A stretch of DNA of 64,000 nucleotides, taken from the NCBI GenBank assembly GCA_039028615.1, contig JBCCHT010000022.1:96001-160000 (forward strand), given 5' to 3'. The stretch comes from Myxococcota bacterium (GTDB lineage Bacteria; Myxococcota_A; Polyangia; Nannocystales; Nannocystaceae). A program made the position numbers and the translations under genes. Each line of letters opens with the position of its first letter. Position 1 is the stretch's first letter. The notes under the pieces were generated by a model, which was not told the DNA's origin, did not search any database, and saw only the letters and a list, made by a program, of their open reading frames with translations. Shown here piece after piece: positions 1 to 9,367 of the stretch.

Positions 1-800
1 AACGACCCCCGGATCCGCAGGCGCGGTACCACGGGCTCCAGGCCCGCGGTCGCGTCGCCCTGCGCCAGCGCTCGTGGTCTCAGGCGCACGATCGCTTTCG
101 CGAAGCCCTCGACCTGGCCGAGCCCGTGGTGCCCTCGGAGTTGATGCTCGCCGATGCGCGCCTGGGACTGGCCCAAGCCCAGGTCGCGATGGGCACCATC
201 GACCAGGGCCTCGCGCTCGGCACGAAGACCTTCGAGGGCGTGGAAGATGCGGTCGGTCCCGATCACCCCTACGCCGGGCAAGCGGCGGTGGCGATGGGCG
301 ACATCCTGCTGCATGCCGAGCAGCCCGAGTCGGCGTTGAGGTACTACGAGCGGGCCCGCACCCAGGCCCGGAGCGCCGAACCGGTCAACGCGATCCACGT
401 CGCGCAGCTCGGGGTCTGGATCGGTCGGGCTCACCTGGCCAACGACGACCCGAAGCACGCGCTCGCCGTGCTCGAGCCGAGCGTGGTGGCCCTCGCGGCC
501 CTCGTCCCCGAGCACAGCCCCGCGTTGGTCGAAGCCCAGCGCGAGCTCGGCCTCGCGTACTTCGGCCTCGGTGATGCCCATACGGCCGCCTCGTGGTGGA
601 CCCGCGCCGAGCAGGGCCTGGCCGCCTCACGCAAGGCCGACGACCCCGCGCTGGCGTGGCTGCGCTTCCTGCTGGCACGCACACGCGACGACGCGGCCAC
701 CGGGCGCCGCGAAGCCGAGGCCGCGCTGGCGGTGCTGCAGACATTGGGCGGGTGGTCCGACGAGACGGCGCAGATCCAGGCGTGGCTGAACCGCCCGTGA
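1..800 (+). CDS. TPR-repeat protein, 5'-truncated by the window edge (possibly the C-terminal TPR region of a Ser/Thr kinase)
   Basis: Frame is open from base 3 to the TGA at 800. Repeated helical units of the type GPDHPYAGQAAVAMGDILL and PEHSPALVEAQRELGLAYF are typical of myxobacterial kinase TPR tails. Confidence 0.7.
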   Translation, partial: RPPDPQARYHGLQARGRVALRQRSWSQAHDRFREALDLAEPVVPSELMLADARLGLAQAQVAMGTIDQGLALGTKTFEGVEDAVGPDHPYAGQAAVAMGDILLHAEQPESALRYYERARTQARSAEPVNAIHVAQLGVWIGRAHLANDDPKHALAVLEPSVVALAALVPEHSPALVEAQRELGLAYFGLGDAHTAASWWTRAEQGLAASRKADDPALAWLRFLLARTRDDAATGRREAEAALAVLQTLGGWSDETAQIQAWLNRP

Positions 801-825
801 CATGGGTGTACGATCCAGCGGCCCC

Positions 826-1647
826 ATGTTCATCGTTACCGGGACCAAGCGCTCTGGCACCTCGATGTGGATGCAGATCCTGACCGCGGCGGGCCTGCCT
901 GCCTTTGGTGAGGCCTTCCCTCGCAACTGGGACAAGACGCTCAAGGGGGCCAACCCCGACGGGTTCTTCGAGTCGATCCTGCGGCAGGGCATCTACTACC
1001 GCACCAACCCCCATCCGCAGTCGGGCGCGTTCTTCCACCCCAGCCAGGTGGCGCGCCACCTGGTCAAGGTTTTCATCCCCGGCCTCGTTCGAACCGACCT
1101 GGCGTACATCGGCAAGGTGGTCGCGACCGTGCGTCCCTGGCGGGAGTACCAGCGCTCGCTCGAGCGGCTGTTCGCCATGGAGGACGAGCAGCGCGGCCCC
1201 GATCGGCCTGCCCCCCCGCGCATGACCCCGTGGCTCGAGTGGTGGGAGGAAAACTTCGCGCTGATGCGCGACCTGATGACCCGCCGCTACGCGATTCACG
1301 TGCAGTCCTACGATGGCTTGCTCGCCGACCCCGAGGGGGTGATCGCCAAGGTGCTGAAGTGGATGGGCGATCCCGATCTCGATGCCAACGCGGCGATCGC
1401 CGCCGTGCGCCCGAGCAATCGTACGCAGCAGAAGCCCGAGGTCGACGCGGTGGAGGCCAAGTACGTCGAGGTCTTCGACGCGCTGTACGACAGCATCGAT
1501 CGCCAGCAAGGCATCGCCCGCACGCTGATGCAGCGGCTCAACGAGACCAACATCGAGCTGGCGCCACGCGTGCACGAGGAGCGGCGCCGACTCGGCCAGG
1601 CGCGTCGAGCCCGTCGCGAGGCCTCGCCGACCCCTTCGAGCGAATGA
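826..1647 (+). CDS. Sulfotransferase-family (P-loop-like) protein
   Basis: N-terminal FIVTGTKRSGTSMWMQIL matches the 5'-PSB motif; also NPxGFFE, VRPWRE and VQSYDGLLADPE. Start may be 802. Confidence 0.7.
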   Translation: MFIVTGTKRSGTSMWMQILTAAGLPAFGEAFPRNWDKTLKGANPDGFFESILRQGIYYRTNPHPQSGAFFHPSQVARHLVKVFIPGLVRTDLAYIGKVVATVRPWREYQRSLERLFAMEDEQRGPDRPAPPRMTPWLEWWEENFALMRDLMTRRYAIHVQSYDGLLADPEGVIAKVLKWMGDPDLDANAAIAAVRPSNRTQQKPEVDAVEAKYVEVFDALYDSIDRQQGIARTLMQRLNETNIELAPRVHEERRRLGQARRARREASPTPSSE

Positions 1648-1737
1648 TTGCGCGCGCCTTCCCGTCGAACCGGACACGACCGACCGCACCCACGACCAGT
1701 GGGCCGCGACAGCGGTGTCCGTGAGCCCGTCGCGGCA

Positions 1738-1753
1738 GCGACATGAATGTCGC
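1738..1753. promoter_or_regulatory. Inverted repeat GCGACAT-GA-ATGTCGC, candidate enhancer-binding-protein site
   Basis: Perfect 7-bp arms about 50-70 nt upstream of a sigma54-like promoter. Confidence 0.4.
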
Positions 1754-1804
1754 ACCGTCCGTCGAGAACTGCGTTCCGTTGGATAAATTACGGAGCAAAT
1801 GAGC

Positions 1805-1820
1805 TGGCCCGGAGCTTGCT
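1805..1820 (+). promoter_or_regulatory. sigma54 (-24/-12) promoter
   Basis: TGGCCCGGAGCTTGCT gives GG-N10-GC with TGGC...TTGCT consensus ends. An AT-rich stretch lies just upstream and an ATG follows at 1834. Confidence 0.6.
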
Positions 1821-1833
1821 AACTGTGCGGGCC

Positions 1834-3258
1834 ATGGATTGGTCTCGATTGGATACGCGTTGGTGGAACCTCGGAGTGGGCCTGGCCGCCACGACTACGT
1901 TGGCCGCCTGTGGGCCTTCCATCGTACTCGAAGCCGACAGCGAGACCGATGCGATCGAGGACACCGACGCTCCACCCAACGACACCGAGAACACCGTCCC
2001 TCCCCCGGGGCCGGAGTGCACCAACATCACCGACTGCGATCCCGGCTTCGAGTGCATCGACAACCAGTGCATTCCCTATGACGACTACTGCAGCGACGGC
2101 GGCTGTTGTGACGACGGGTGCTGCTACGGCGAGTGCTACTACTACGACTGCTATAGCCACGAAGAGTGCGGCGACGGAGGGCTGTGCAACGACTTCGGCG
2201 AGTGCGAGTACAACGAGCTCGTCCCCGAGTGCGCCGACCCGCCCGAGCTGCTGCCCATGCCCTTGGCCGACTCGACCGCCGACGACGTCGTCGGCCTGGC
2301 CTTCGTCGATGCCAACGGCGACGCGGCGGACGACCTGGTGGTGATGCACGTGTCCGGGAGCACCATCGTGCACCCGGGCGGGGCCGCGGCCGAGCCCTTC
2401 GAGCTGCCCCTGCTCCAGGACAACCCCGTGGTCACCGCGACCTCGGGTGACTTCAACGGCGACGAGGTCTCCGATCTCGCGGTCGCCGACTCCAGCGGGC
2501 GACTCACCGTGCTCAATGGCGACGGCGAGGGGGGCTTCGCGATCGGCTACGAGCTCGACATCGTCCAGCTCGCCCACCAGATTGAAGCGCTCGACTGGAA
2601 CGGCGATGGCGTCCTCGATCTGGCCATCCGCATGGAGGACTCGCAGGTCGCGGTGCTGCTCGGCGACGGCACGGGCGCGCTGGTGGAGCCGGTGCTGCTC
2701 GAGGCGACGTCCATCGTGCGCGACTTCGCCACTGGGCACCTCGATGGCGACGACTTCGACGACGTGGTGCTGCACGACGAGGCCGACATGTATGCGTTCT
2801 TGGGCAACGACGAGGGCGCGATGGACCGCGGCGGCATCGTGTCCGAGCCGCAATACAACGGGCCGCGATACGTCCTCACCAGCGACTTCGACGGCAGCGG
2901 CGTGGACGAAATCTTCGCCCACACCGCGCTGGGCGGCCCGTCTGGCTGGGTCTTGGTCGAGGCCTATCGCGACGGCTCGGCGCTGCCCCCTCAGGCGATC
3001 GACGGCACGGCCGACCACGCGGCGTCGGGCGACATCGATGGCGACGGCACACCCGACGTGGTGTTCGTGAGCGCCGAGTCGGTGGTGTTCGCCCGCGGCA
3101 ACGCAGCCAGCGGCGACGCGCCGGTCATCGACTGCGCCGCCTACTACCAGACGGTCATCGAGACTCCGCTGCTGGCGGTGGGCGACTTCGACGGCAGCGG
3201 GCGCGACGAAATCGCGGTCGGCGGACAGGGCAGCGTCCTGATACTCTCGAACCTCTAG
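1834..3258 (+). CDS. FG-GAP/VCBS-repeat lipoprotein with Cys/Tyr/Asp-rich N-terminal region
   Basis: Lipobox TLAAC; Cys-rich segment; repeated GDFNGDEVSDL, DWNGDGVLDL, GDIDGDGTPDV and GDFDGSGRDEI Ca-binding motifs. Confidence 0.8.
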   Translation: MDWSRLDTRWWNLGVGLAATTTLAACGPSIVLEADSETDAIEDTDAPPNDTENTVPPPGPECTNITDCDPGFECIDNQCIPYDDYCSDGGCCDDGCCYGECYYYDCYSHEECGDGGLCNDFGECEYNELVPECADPPELLPMPLADSTADDVVGLAFVDANGDAADDLVVMHVSGSTIVHPGGAAAEPFELPLLQDNPVVTATSGDFNGDEVSDLAVADSSGRLTVLNGDGEGGFAIGYELDIVQLAHQIEALDWNGDGVLDLAIRMEDSQVAVLLGDGTGALVEPVLLEATSIVRDFATGHLDGDDFDDVVLHDEADMYAFLGNDEGAMDRGGIVSEPQYNGPRYVLTSDFDGSGVDEIFAHTALGGPSGWVLVEAYRDGSALPPQAIDGTADHAASGDIDGDGTPDVVFVSAESVVFARGNAASGDAPVIDCAAYYQTVIETPLLAVGDFDGSGRDEIAVGGQGSVLILSNL

Positions 3259-3268
3259 GGTTCGCACG

Positions 3269-5176
3269 ATGGCGGTGACACGACAGCTCGGCTCGCTCGC
3301 CTTCCCGGCGCTGCTGCTCGGCTGCAGTCCCGCCGCGCCCGGGCTCGACGATGACGACGGCGGTGGCGAGACCACGTCGGCGACCGAGGTGCCCGGACCC
3401 GAGGTCATCGAGCTGTCACCCGTCGCGACCCCGGGCGGGCACCTGTACGTGCTCGTCGATGAGCCCATGGTGGACCTGCAGGTCGAGCTTTCGGGCGAGA
3501 CGCTGACCGACCGCGTGCTCTTGCGCGCGGACTGGCCGGGGGCGCTGTTTCGCATTCCGTCGCAGCTGCCGGTCGGGCCCGCCACGCTGGCCGTGCGCCG
3601 CATCCACGAGCCGAACGCGGTCACCGAGCGGACGCTCGAGCTGGTGGAGCCGCGCTTCGTCGATGTCTCGGCCGCGACCGGCCTCGCCCAAGTGCACGAC
3701 GTCACGGGGAGCCCGGCCGAGTGCGCCGAGAGCCACACCGGGCTCGCCTTCGGAGACTACGACGCCGATGGCGAGCCCGACCTGTTCGTGGGCCACGTGG
3801 GTGCGCCGAGCGGGCTGCACCACAACCTCGGCCCCCGCGACTCCGGGCTGCCCCTGTACGAAGAGGTCGCGGCCCAGGTGGGTCTGGGTGGCCTCGATGC
3901 AGTGGCGATGGCGACCTTCGTCGACCTCGAGGGTGACGGCGACCTCGACCTGTTCGTGGGTCGCCGCGGCCCCAACCGAGTGTTTCGCAACCGGCTCGTA
4001 GAAGACGGACAGGCCCGCTTCGAGGACGTCACCGAGGCGCTCGGGCTCGGCGTCTACAACCAGCGCACCATGGGCGTCGCCTTCGGGGACTACGACGCCG
4101 ACGGGGACCTCGACCTGTACGTGGTCAACCACGCGTTCTGTTTTCCGCGGGCCAACAGTGAGGTCCGGGCGGGCGACCACCTGTACCGCAACGACGACGG
4201 CGTGTTCGTCGAGCGCACCGCGCTGCTCGACCTCGACGTGCTGTCGTCGGTGGGCTTCTCCGCCTCGTGGGTCGACGTGGAGCGTGATGGCGACGTCGAC
4301 CTCATCGTCATCAACGACGACGTCGGCGGCGCGATCGGCAACCCGAACGCGCTGTGGCGCAACGATGGGCCCGGCGACGAGCCGGGGGAACATCGCTTCA
4401 CCGACCGCTCCTTCGCCTCGGGCATCGGCATCCCGGGCGCCAACGGCATGGGCCTGGGGCTGGGTGACGTCGACGACGACGGCTTCGTCGATCTGGCCTT
4501 CTCCAACATCGGGGAGAATTTTCTGCTGCTCAACAACGGCGACGGCACCTTCTACGACGCCTCGCAGAACGCGGGCATCGGGCGCGCGAGCATGCCCTGG
4601 GACCGCCCCTCCATCACCTGGGCCACGCACCTTTGGGATCACGACAACGACGGCGATCTCGACCTGTACTTCAGCGGGGGTCGGATCAAGGGCACGGCCC
4701 CCATCGTCGACGCATTCTTCGACAACCTCGGCGACGGCACCTTCGAGGAGCGGACCTGGGCCTCGGGGCTCACCAATCCCGCCTCGGCCAAGGCCTCCGC
4801 GCTGGTCGACCTCGACCGCGATGGCCTCTGGGAGCTGACCACCACCGCGTGGGGCAGCGATCTCCGGGTCTACCGCAACCGCAGCGCCGAGCTGGGGCCC
4901 CGCAATCACTGGCTGGACATCGAGCTTCAGGGGCGCGGGGGCAACCGCGACGCCATTGGAGCCATCGTCGAGCTGAAGACCGCGGCCGGGACTCGGACCT
5001 GCTTCCACACCAACCGTCCCTCCCAAGGTGCGGGTGGGGAAACCCCGTGCCACTTCGGGCTGGGGACCCACGACCACATCGAGTCGCTGCGCATCGAGTG
5101 GCCGGACGGCAGCATCTCCGAGCCCACCCCGCCCGCCGTCGATCAGCGAGTGCGACTGGTGCAAGACGGTTCGTGA
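3269..5176 (+). CDS. CRTAC1-like FG-GAP repeat lipoprotein with C-terminal ASPIC/UnbV domain
   Basis: Lipobox LLLGC; many GDYDADGxxDL motifs; C-terminal NRDAIGA...HFGLG...IEWPDG signature. Confidence 0.85.
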   Translation: MAVTRQLGSLAFPALLLGCSPAAPGLDDDDGGGETTSATEVPGPEVIELSPVATPGGHLYVLVDEPMVDLQVELSGETLTDRVLLRADWPGALFRIPSQLPVGPATLAVRRIHEPNAVTERTLELVEPRFVDVSAATGLAQVHDVTGSPAECAESHTGLAFGDYDADGEPDLFVGHVGAPSGLHHNLGPRDSGLPLYEEVAAQVGLGGLDAVAMATFVDLEGDGDLDLFVGRRGPNRVFRNRLVEDGQARFEDVTEALGLGVYNQRTMGVAFGDYDADGDLDLYVVNHAFCFPRANSEVRAGDHLYRNDDGVFVERTALLDLDVLSSVGFSASWVDVERDGDVDLIVINDDVGGAIGNPNALWRNDGPGDEPGEHRFTDRSFASGIGIPGANGMGLGLGDVDDDGFVDLAFSNIGENFLLLNNGDGTFYDASQNAGIGRASMPWDRPSITWATHLWDHDNDGDLDLYFSGGRIKGTAPIVDAFFDNLGDGTFEERTWASGLTNPASAKASALVDLDRDGLWELTTTAWGSDLRVYRNRSAELGPRNHWLDIELQGRGGNRDAIGAIVELKTAAGTRTCFHTNRPSQGAGGETPCHFGLGTHDHIESLRIEWPDGSISEPTPPAVDQRVRLVQDGS

Positions 5177-5219
5177 GCCCGTCTTGATGGACGGCGCGGC
5201 CGCGACGTATTCTCCGTGC

Positions 5220-6119
5220 GTGATCCGCCGCGTTCGTGGGCCCTCAGTCTCTGCCCTGGCGCTGGGCCTCGCCACCCTCGTGGGCCTGCCCCGCGTGGCC
5301 TCGGCCTCGGTGTCGGCCCCTGCCCCCGAGTCCGAGCCCGCTGCAGCCGACCCCGCCATGGAGCAGGCCCAGCAGCTGTACTCCGAGGGGCAAGTGCTCT
5401 ACTCGGCCGCGAACTACACGGGCGCCATCGACAAGTTCACGCAGGCGCTGGCGATCATCTCGCGGCCCGATGCGAGCTTCGACTCCGAGGTGCGAGGGCT
5501 GCTGCTGTACAACCTCGCCACCGCGCACGACCGGGCCTTCAACGTCGAGGGTGATCTCAAGCACCTGCGAACCGCTCGCGAGCTGTTCGGGCGCATCGTC
5601 GACGAAGCGCAGATCCACGGCTACTCCGAAGACCTCGTCGCCCAGGCCGCGGAGCAACGCGACCGCGTCGACGCCCGACTCGCCGAGGCCAGAAAGGCTG
5701 CCGCGCCCGAGCCCGAGCCGGAACCGGAGCCCGAACCCGAACCCGAACCGGAGCCCGAACCCGAGCCCAAGTCGGCCGGTCGCGCGCTCACCATCACGGG
5801 CGGGGTGGTGACCGGCATCGGGCTCGCCTCCTCCGCCATCTGGGTCGTGGGCATGATCAACGCGGGCGATGCCACCGACACCATCGAAGCCGCCAACACC
5901 CTCGGTCAGGAGAACGACAGGGTCGACGCCTTCGATCGGGGCGCGCAGGCCAACACGTTGATCGTGGCCGGGGCCGTCGTCTCCGGGGTCCTCACCGCGG
6001 CCGGCATCGGCCTGTTGGTGACCGGGCAAGTCATCTCCCGCCGGGACCGCAACGAGGTCGCCTGTGCTCCCGCCCTCGGCCCCCGCATGGCCGGCATGGG
6101 CTGCTCGATTCGCTTCTGA
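5220..6119 (+). CDS. Secreted TPR protein with (PE)n linker and C-terminal hydrophobic segments
   Basis: Signal peptide; AQQLYSEGQVLY...AIDKF...LLYNLA TPR; PE repeat; two hydrophobic helices; C-terminal ...CSIRF. Start uncertain (5187 or 5220). Confidence 0.7.
   Translation: MIRRVRGPSVSALALGLATLVGLPRVASASVSAPAPESEPAAADPAMEQAQQLYSEGQVLYSAANYTGAIDKFTQALAIISRPDASFDSEVRGLLLYNLATAHDRAFNVEGDLKHLRTARELFGRIVDEAQIHGYSEDLVAQAAEQRDRVDARLAEARKAAAPEPEPEPEPEPEPEPEPEPEPKSAGRALTITGGVVTGIGLASSAIWVVGMINAGDATDTIEAANTLGQENDRVDAFDRGAQANTLIVAGAVVSGVLTAAGIGLLVTGQVISRRDRNEVACAPALGPRMAGMGCSIRF
5706..5768 (+). repeat. Coding hexanucleotide tandem repeat encoding (PE)n
   Basis: CCCGAG/CCGGAA/CCCGAA units giving PEPEPEPEPEPEPEPEPEPEP. 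Confidence 0.85.
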
Positions 6120-6129
6120 GGGTTCCACC

Positions 6130-7512
6130 ATGACCATCGCTCGCTCCTCCATCGTGTGCGCGTCGCTCATCGCCGCCGGCCTCCTGGGCGGCTGCTTCAG
6201 CGCGGAAGTGGCCCGGGACCTGCCCTGCTCCAACGACGCCACCTGCGGCCCCGACCTCAGCTGCATCTTCGGCTACTGCCGTGACCCCGGCACCGATCCC
6301 ATGGCCACCTGCGGCGACGGCCAGACCGCCCAAGGCGAGTTCTGCTTCCCCGAGTCCACCGAGGTCGAGGTCGGCTTCGTCGGGACCCTGCGCGATGCGG
6401 TCTGGGCCGACTTCGACGGCAACGGCTACGTCGACGCCCTCACCGTCTCCGAGGCGCTCGATCTCCAGCTCAACGGCGGCGATCGGACCTTCGAGTCGAT
6501 CAACATCGAGCTGGTGTTCACCGCCGAGGACATCCGAGCGCTCGGGGTCGAGCTCCAAGACCCTCCGATGCCCCCGGTCGAGCAGATCTTCGTCGCGGCT
6601 CAGCCCCGGACGGGCGCATCGGGCAACTTCAGCGGCGACTCGCTCCCCGATGTCGTACTGGCCATGGAGTTCGTGTCCAACTCCGACGCTCTGGTCGTCA
6701 CCGAAGGGCTGGGCCGACTCAACAACCACCTGTGGATCGGGGTCAACGACAAAGCCAGCGACCTGATGCTCTTGCCCACCGTCGACTCCGACTTCGAGGC
6801 CACCCGCCTCATCGGACCGCGCAGCCTGGTGGCGGGAGACTTCGATGGCGATGGCAACGGTGACGTCGTCGCTCAGATCGCGACCGGCTCGGGTGCCGAG
6901 GCGGTGATGATGCGGGGCAGCGGCAACTCGTCGCTCAGCAACCCCATCCCGCTGCCGCTGACCACCGCCAATCCGCTGAGCGTCGGCGACTTCAATGCCG
7001 ACGGCATCGACGATCTGGCGGCCTATGACGCCCAGGTCGCCAGCTTCTCCGTCGTCTTGGGCCCCCTCGACGGGCCCGACGAGGTTCCCGTTCCCCAGAC
7101 CTTCTCGCTCCCCATGTCGCCCAGCGCGCTCGAGCTCGCCGACCTCGACGGCGACGGCAACCTCGACATCCTCGTCGGCTTCGGCGAAGAGGGCCTCGCC
7201 ATGCAGCCCTGGCTCGGCGACGGCGCGGGCGAGTTCGTCGAAGGTCCGCTCTCCACCACCGCCGACACCTCGCCGCTCATCACCCTCGCCACCACCGACT
7301 TCGACGGCGACGGAAACCTCGACGTCGTCACCTCGAGCAACGACGGCCTGTTCATCCACCCCGGCTACGGTGAGGGAGAGTTCGGCACCGGGTTCGCCCT
7401 ACGCGACGTGCCGACCACGCTCGTCGAGAGCTTCCAGCTCGACTCCGACACCGCGCCCGACATCATTACGTTCAGCCCGAACCGGGCGGCGCTGCTCTTC
7501 GGCGATCCGTAG
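6130..7512 (+). CDS. FG-GAP/VCBS-repeat lipoprotein
   Basis: Lipobox LLGGC; N-terminal Cys motif (CSNDATC, CGDG); repeated ADFDGNG, GDFDGDGNGD, GDFNADGIDDL and ADLDGDGNLDI. Confidence 0.8.
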   Translation: MTIARSSIVCASLIAAGLLGGCFSAEVARDLPCSNDATCGPDLSCIFGYCRDPGTDPMATCGDGQTAQGEFCFPESTEVEVGFVGTLRDAVWADFDGNGYVDALTVSEALDLQLNGGDRTFESINIELVFTAEDIRALGVELQDPPMPPVEQIFVAAQPRTGASGNFSGDSLPDVVLAMEFVSNSDALVVTEGLGRLNNHLWIGVNDKASDLMLLPTVDSDFEATRLIGPRSLVAGDFDGDGNGDVVAQIATGSGAEAVMMRGSGNSSLSNPIPLPLTTANPLSVGDFNADGIDDLAAYDAQVASFSVVLGPLDGPDEVPVPQTFSLPMSPSALELADLDGDGNLDILVGFGEEGLAMQPWLGDGAGEFVEGPLSTTADTSPLITLATTDFDGDGNLDVVTSSNDGLFIHPGYGEGEFGTGFALRDVPTTLVESFQLDSDTAPDIITFSPNRAALLFGDP

Positions 7513-7536
7513 GCCCTCGGTCGACGCTGGCCGACG

Positions 7537-8406
7537 TCAGTGCGCCTGGACGAGCGGGGCGAAGAACCCTCGCAGCGCATCGGCGACCTCGACGGGCGTG
7601 TCGAGGTGCAGGTGATGCCCGCCCGTCAGCTCGACCATCTCCGAGTCTTGCAGGGCGGAGACCCGGGCGCTCATGGGCTTGGGCGCGAACGGGAAGCCCT
7701 CCGAGCCCCGCACCATGAAGGTCGGGCAGGTGATGGCCTTCAGGAACACGATCACCTGCTCTTCGGTGAGCCGCAGGCGCGAGGCGATGCGTAGCCGCGG
7801 GTCGCTGCGCCAGGTGACGCCGCCGCCCTCCACGGGCTTCAGGCCGCGCTCGCACAGCACCTTCGCGGCCTCGGGTGACAGGCGGCTCATCGAAGCCCCG
7901 AGGCGGCGCACCGCTTCGTCGACGCCGGGATACACGGGCGGCTTCCGCCCCTGACGGCGGGCCTCCTCTTCGAGCGACCGCGCCAGACGCTCGGCGGCAT
8001 GCTGAGGATCCTCGGTGACCGGGCCCAAGCCCTCGATGAGGGCGAGTCGCTGCACTCGAGCGGGGAAGGTGCCCGCGTAGATCGAGCTCAGTGCCGCCCC
8101 CAGCGAGTGGCCGAGCATGCAGAAGCGGTTCCAGCCCAAGGCCACGGTGGCCTCGTGGATCCGCGCCACCGTGTCGATGAAGGCGTAGCCCTGCCCGGGT
8201 CCGGCGTGCTCCGAGTGGCCGTGTCCGGGCAGGTCGAGGCAGACCAACCGCAGACCGGGCAGCCGCGGGGCGATGAGATCGAAGGTCGCGGCGTTGTCGA
8301 GCCAGCCGTGCAGGGCGAGGGTGGGCACCCCATCGGCCGGGCCCCAGGCGCGCGCCCGCAGGCGCAGGGTGGGGATTTCGATGGTGATCTCCTCGGGCGT
8401 GCTCAT
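7537..8406 (-). CDS. Alpha/beta fold hydrolase
   Basis: LHGWLDNA, DLPGHGHS, GHSLG nucleophile elbow and GGHHLH. Confidence 0.9.
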   Translation of the reverse strand: MSTPEEITIEIPTLRLRARAWGPADGVPTLALHGWLDNAATFDLIAPRLPGLRLVCLDLPGHGHSEHAGPGQGYAFIDTVARIHEATVALGWNRFCMLGHSLGAALSSIYAGTFPARVQRLALIEGLGPVTEDPQHAAERLARSLEEEARRQGRKPPVYPGVDEAVRRLGASMSRLSPEAAKVLCERGLKPVEGGGVTWRSDPRLRIASRLRLTEEQVIVFLKAITCPTFMVRGSEGFPFAPKPMSARVSALQDSEMVELTGGHHLHLDTPVEVADALRGFFAPLVQAH

Positions 8407-8459
8407 CGACCCGTGTTTCATCGCAGCAAAGCCGCGATTGAGCAAGCACCCGCGGGGAG

Positions 8460-9302
8460 TCAGGCCGCGGCGGGCTTGCGGAACTTCAGCACGAAGCGAT
8501 CGCTGAGTTCCTCCCGTTCGCCTCGCCAGGGCAGCGCGTTCCAGTCCCGCGTGTCGGCGGGGTTGCGGAAGAAGTCGGCCTGCTCGATCAGTTCGAAACC
8601 GACCGCTTCGAGCTCGGCGCGGACGAGCGCCTCTTCGACGCGATGCAAGGTCTTGGAGCCGCTGACTCCGGCCCCGTCGGCCGCGCTGTGATCGACGAGG
8701 ACGTACTCGCCTCCGGGGCGCAGAGCGTCGAACACGGCAGCACAGTGCGCGGCCCGGTCGACCTCCTGCCAGGCGAAGTCGTGGTAAAACATGATGTTGA
8801 CGACCATGTCGAGGTCGCGCAGATCGGCGGGGAACGGGTCGTCGAACTCGCGATCGAGCCGCACCACGTTGGCCATGGGCGGGGTGGCGAGCCGAGCCGA
8901 CCAGCCCTCTTCGGCGAAGCGCTCGAGCACGAAGGTGGGGTTCTGCCCGTAGACGGTGCCCTCGGAGCCCACCGCACGGGCGAGCAGCTCGGTAGTGTAG
9001 CCGGTCCCCGCCCCGATGTCCGCGACCTTCATGCCGGGGCGCAGCTTCATGAAGCCGAGTAGCTCGGCGGGCTGACGGCGCTCGTCGGTCTTGCGATCGC
9101 GATCGGTTCGATCCTCGGCCGCGACGATGGCCTCGATCTGTGTCGCGCTGAGCGGCGTGACCTCAGGCTCCGGCTCCGGCTCCGAGAGCGGCTTGGCGAC
9201 CGAGGGCGGCTCGGGCACGGGGGGCTCGGCCGCGGGCGGAGGGCTCGACGAGCAGGCCACGGTGAGCGCCAGGGGAACCAGGGACGCGAGGACGCGGGTC
9301 AC
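8460..9302 (-). CDS. Class I SAM-dependent methyltransferase with lipoprotein signal
   Basis: Lipobox LTVAC; VADIGAGTGY motif I; ALRPGG; VDHSA; SDRFVLKFRKP. Confidence 0.8.
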   Translation of the reverse strand: MTRVLASLVPLALTVACSSSPPPAAEPPVPEPPSVAKPLSEPEPEPEVTPLSATQIEAIVAAEDRTDRDRKTDERRQPAELLGFMKLRPGMKVADIGAGTGYTTELLARAVGSEGTVYGQNPTFVLERFAEEGWSARLATPPMANVVRLDREFDDPFPADLRDLDMVVNIMFYHDFAWQEVDRAAHCAAVFDALRPGGEYVLVDHSAADGAGVSGSKTLHRVEEALVRAELEAVGFELIEQADFFRNPADTRDWNALPWRGEREELSDRFVLKFRKPAAA

Positions 9303-9367
9303 GATATCGAGGGTAGAGCACCCGCGGCCGAGCGTGGGGCGCCGCGGCGGCCCCAGCGGCGAACTTC

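Noticed and set aside
5706..5768. PE and GT tandem repeats (also 53141-53230) as possible CRISPR or contingency loci
   Set aside because: They are in-frame, synonymous-variable coding linkers with no repeat-spacer structure, and no cas genes are present.
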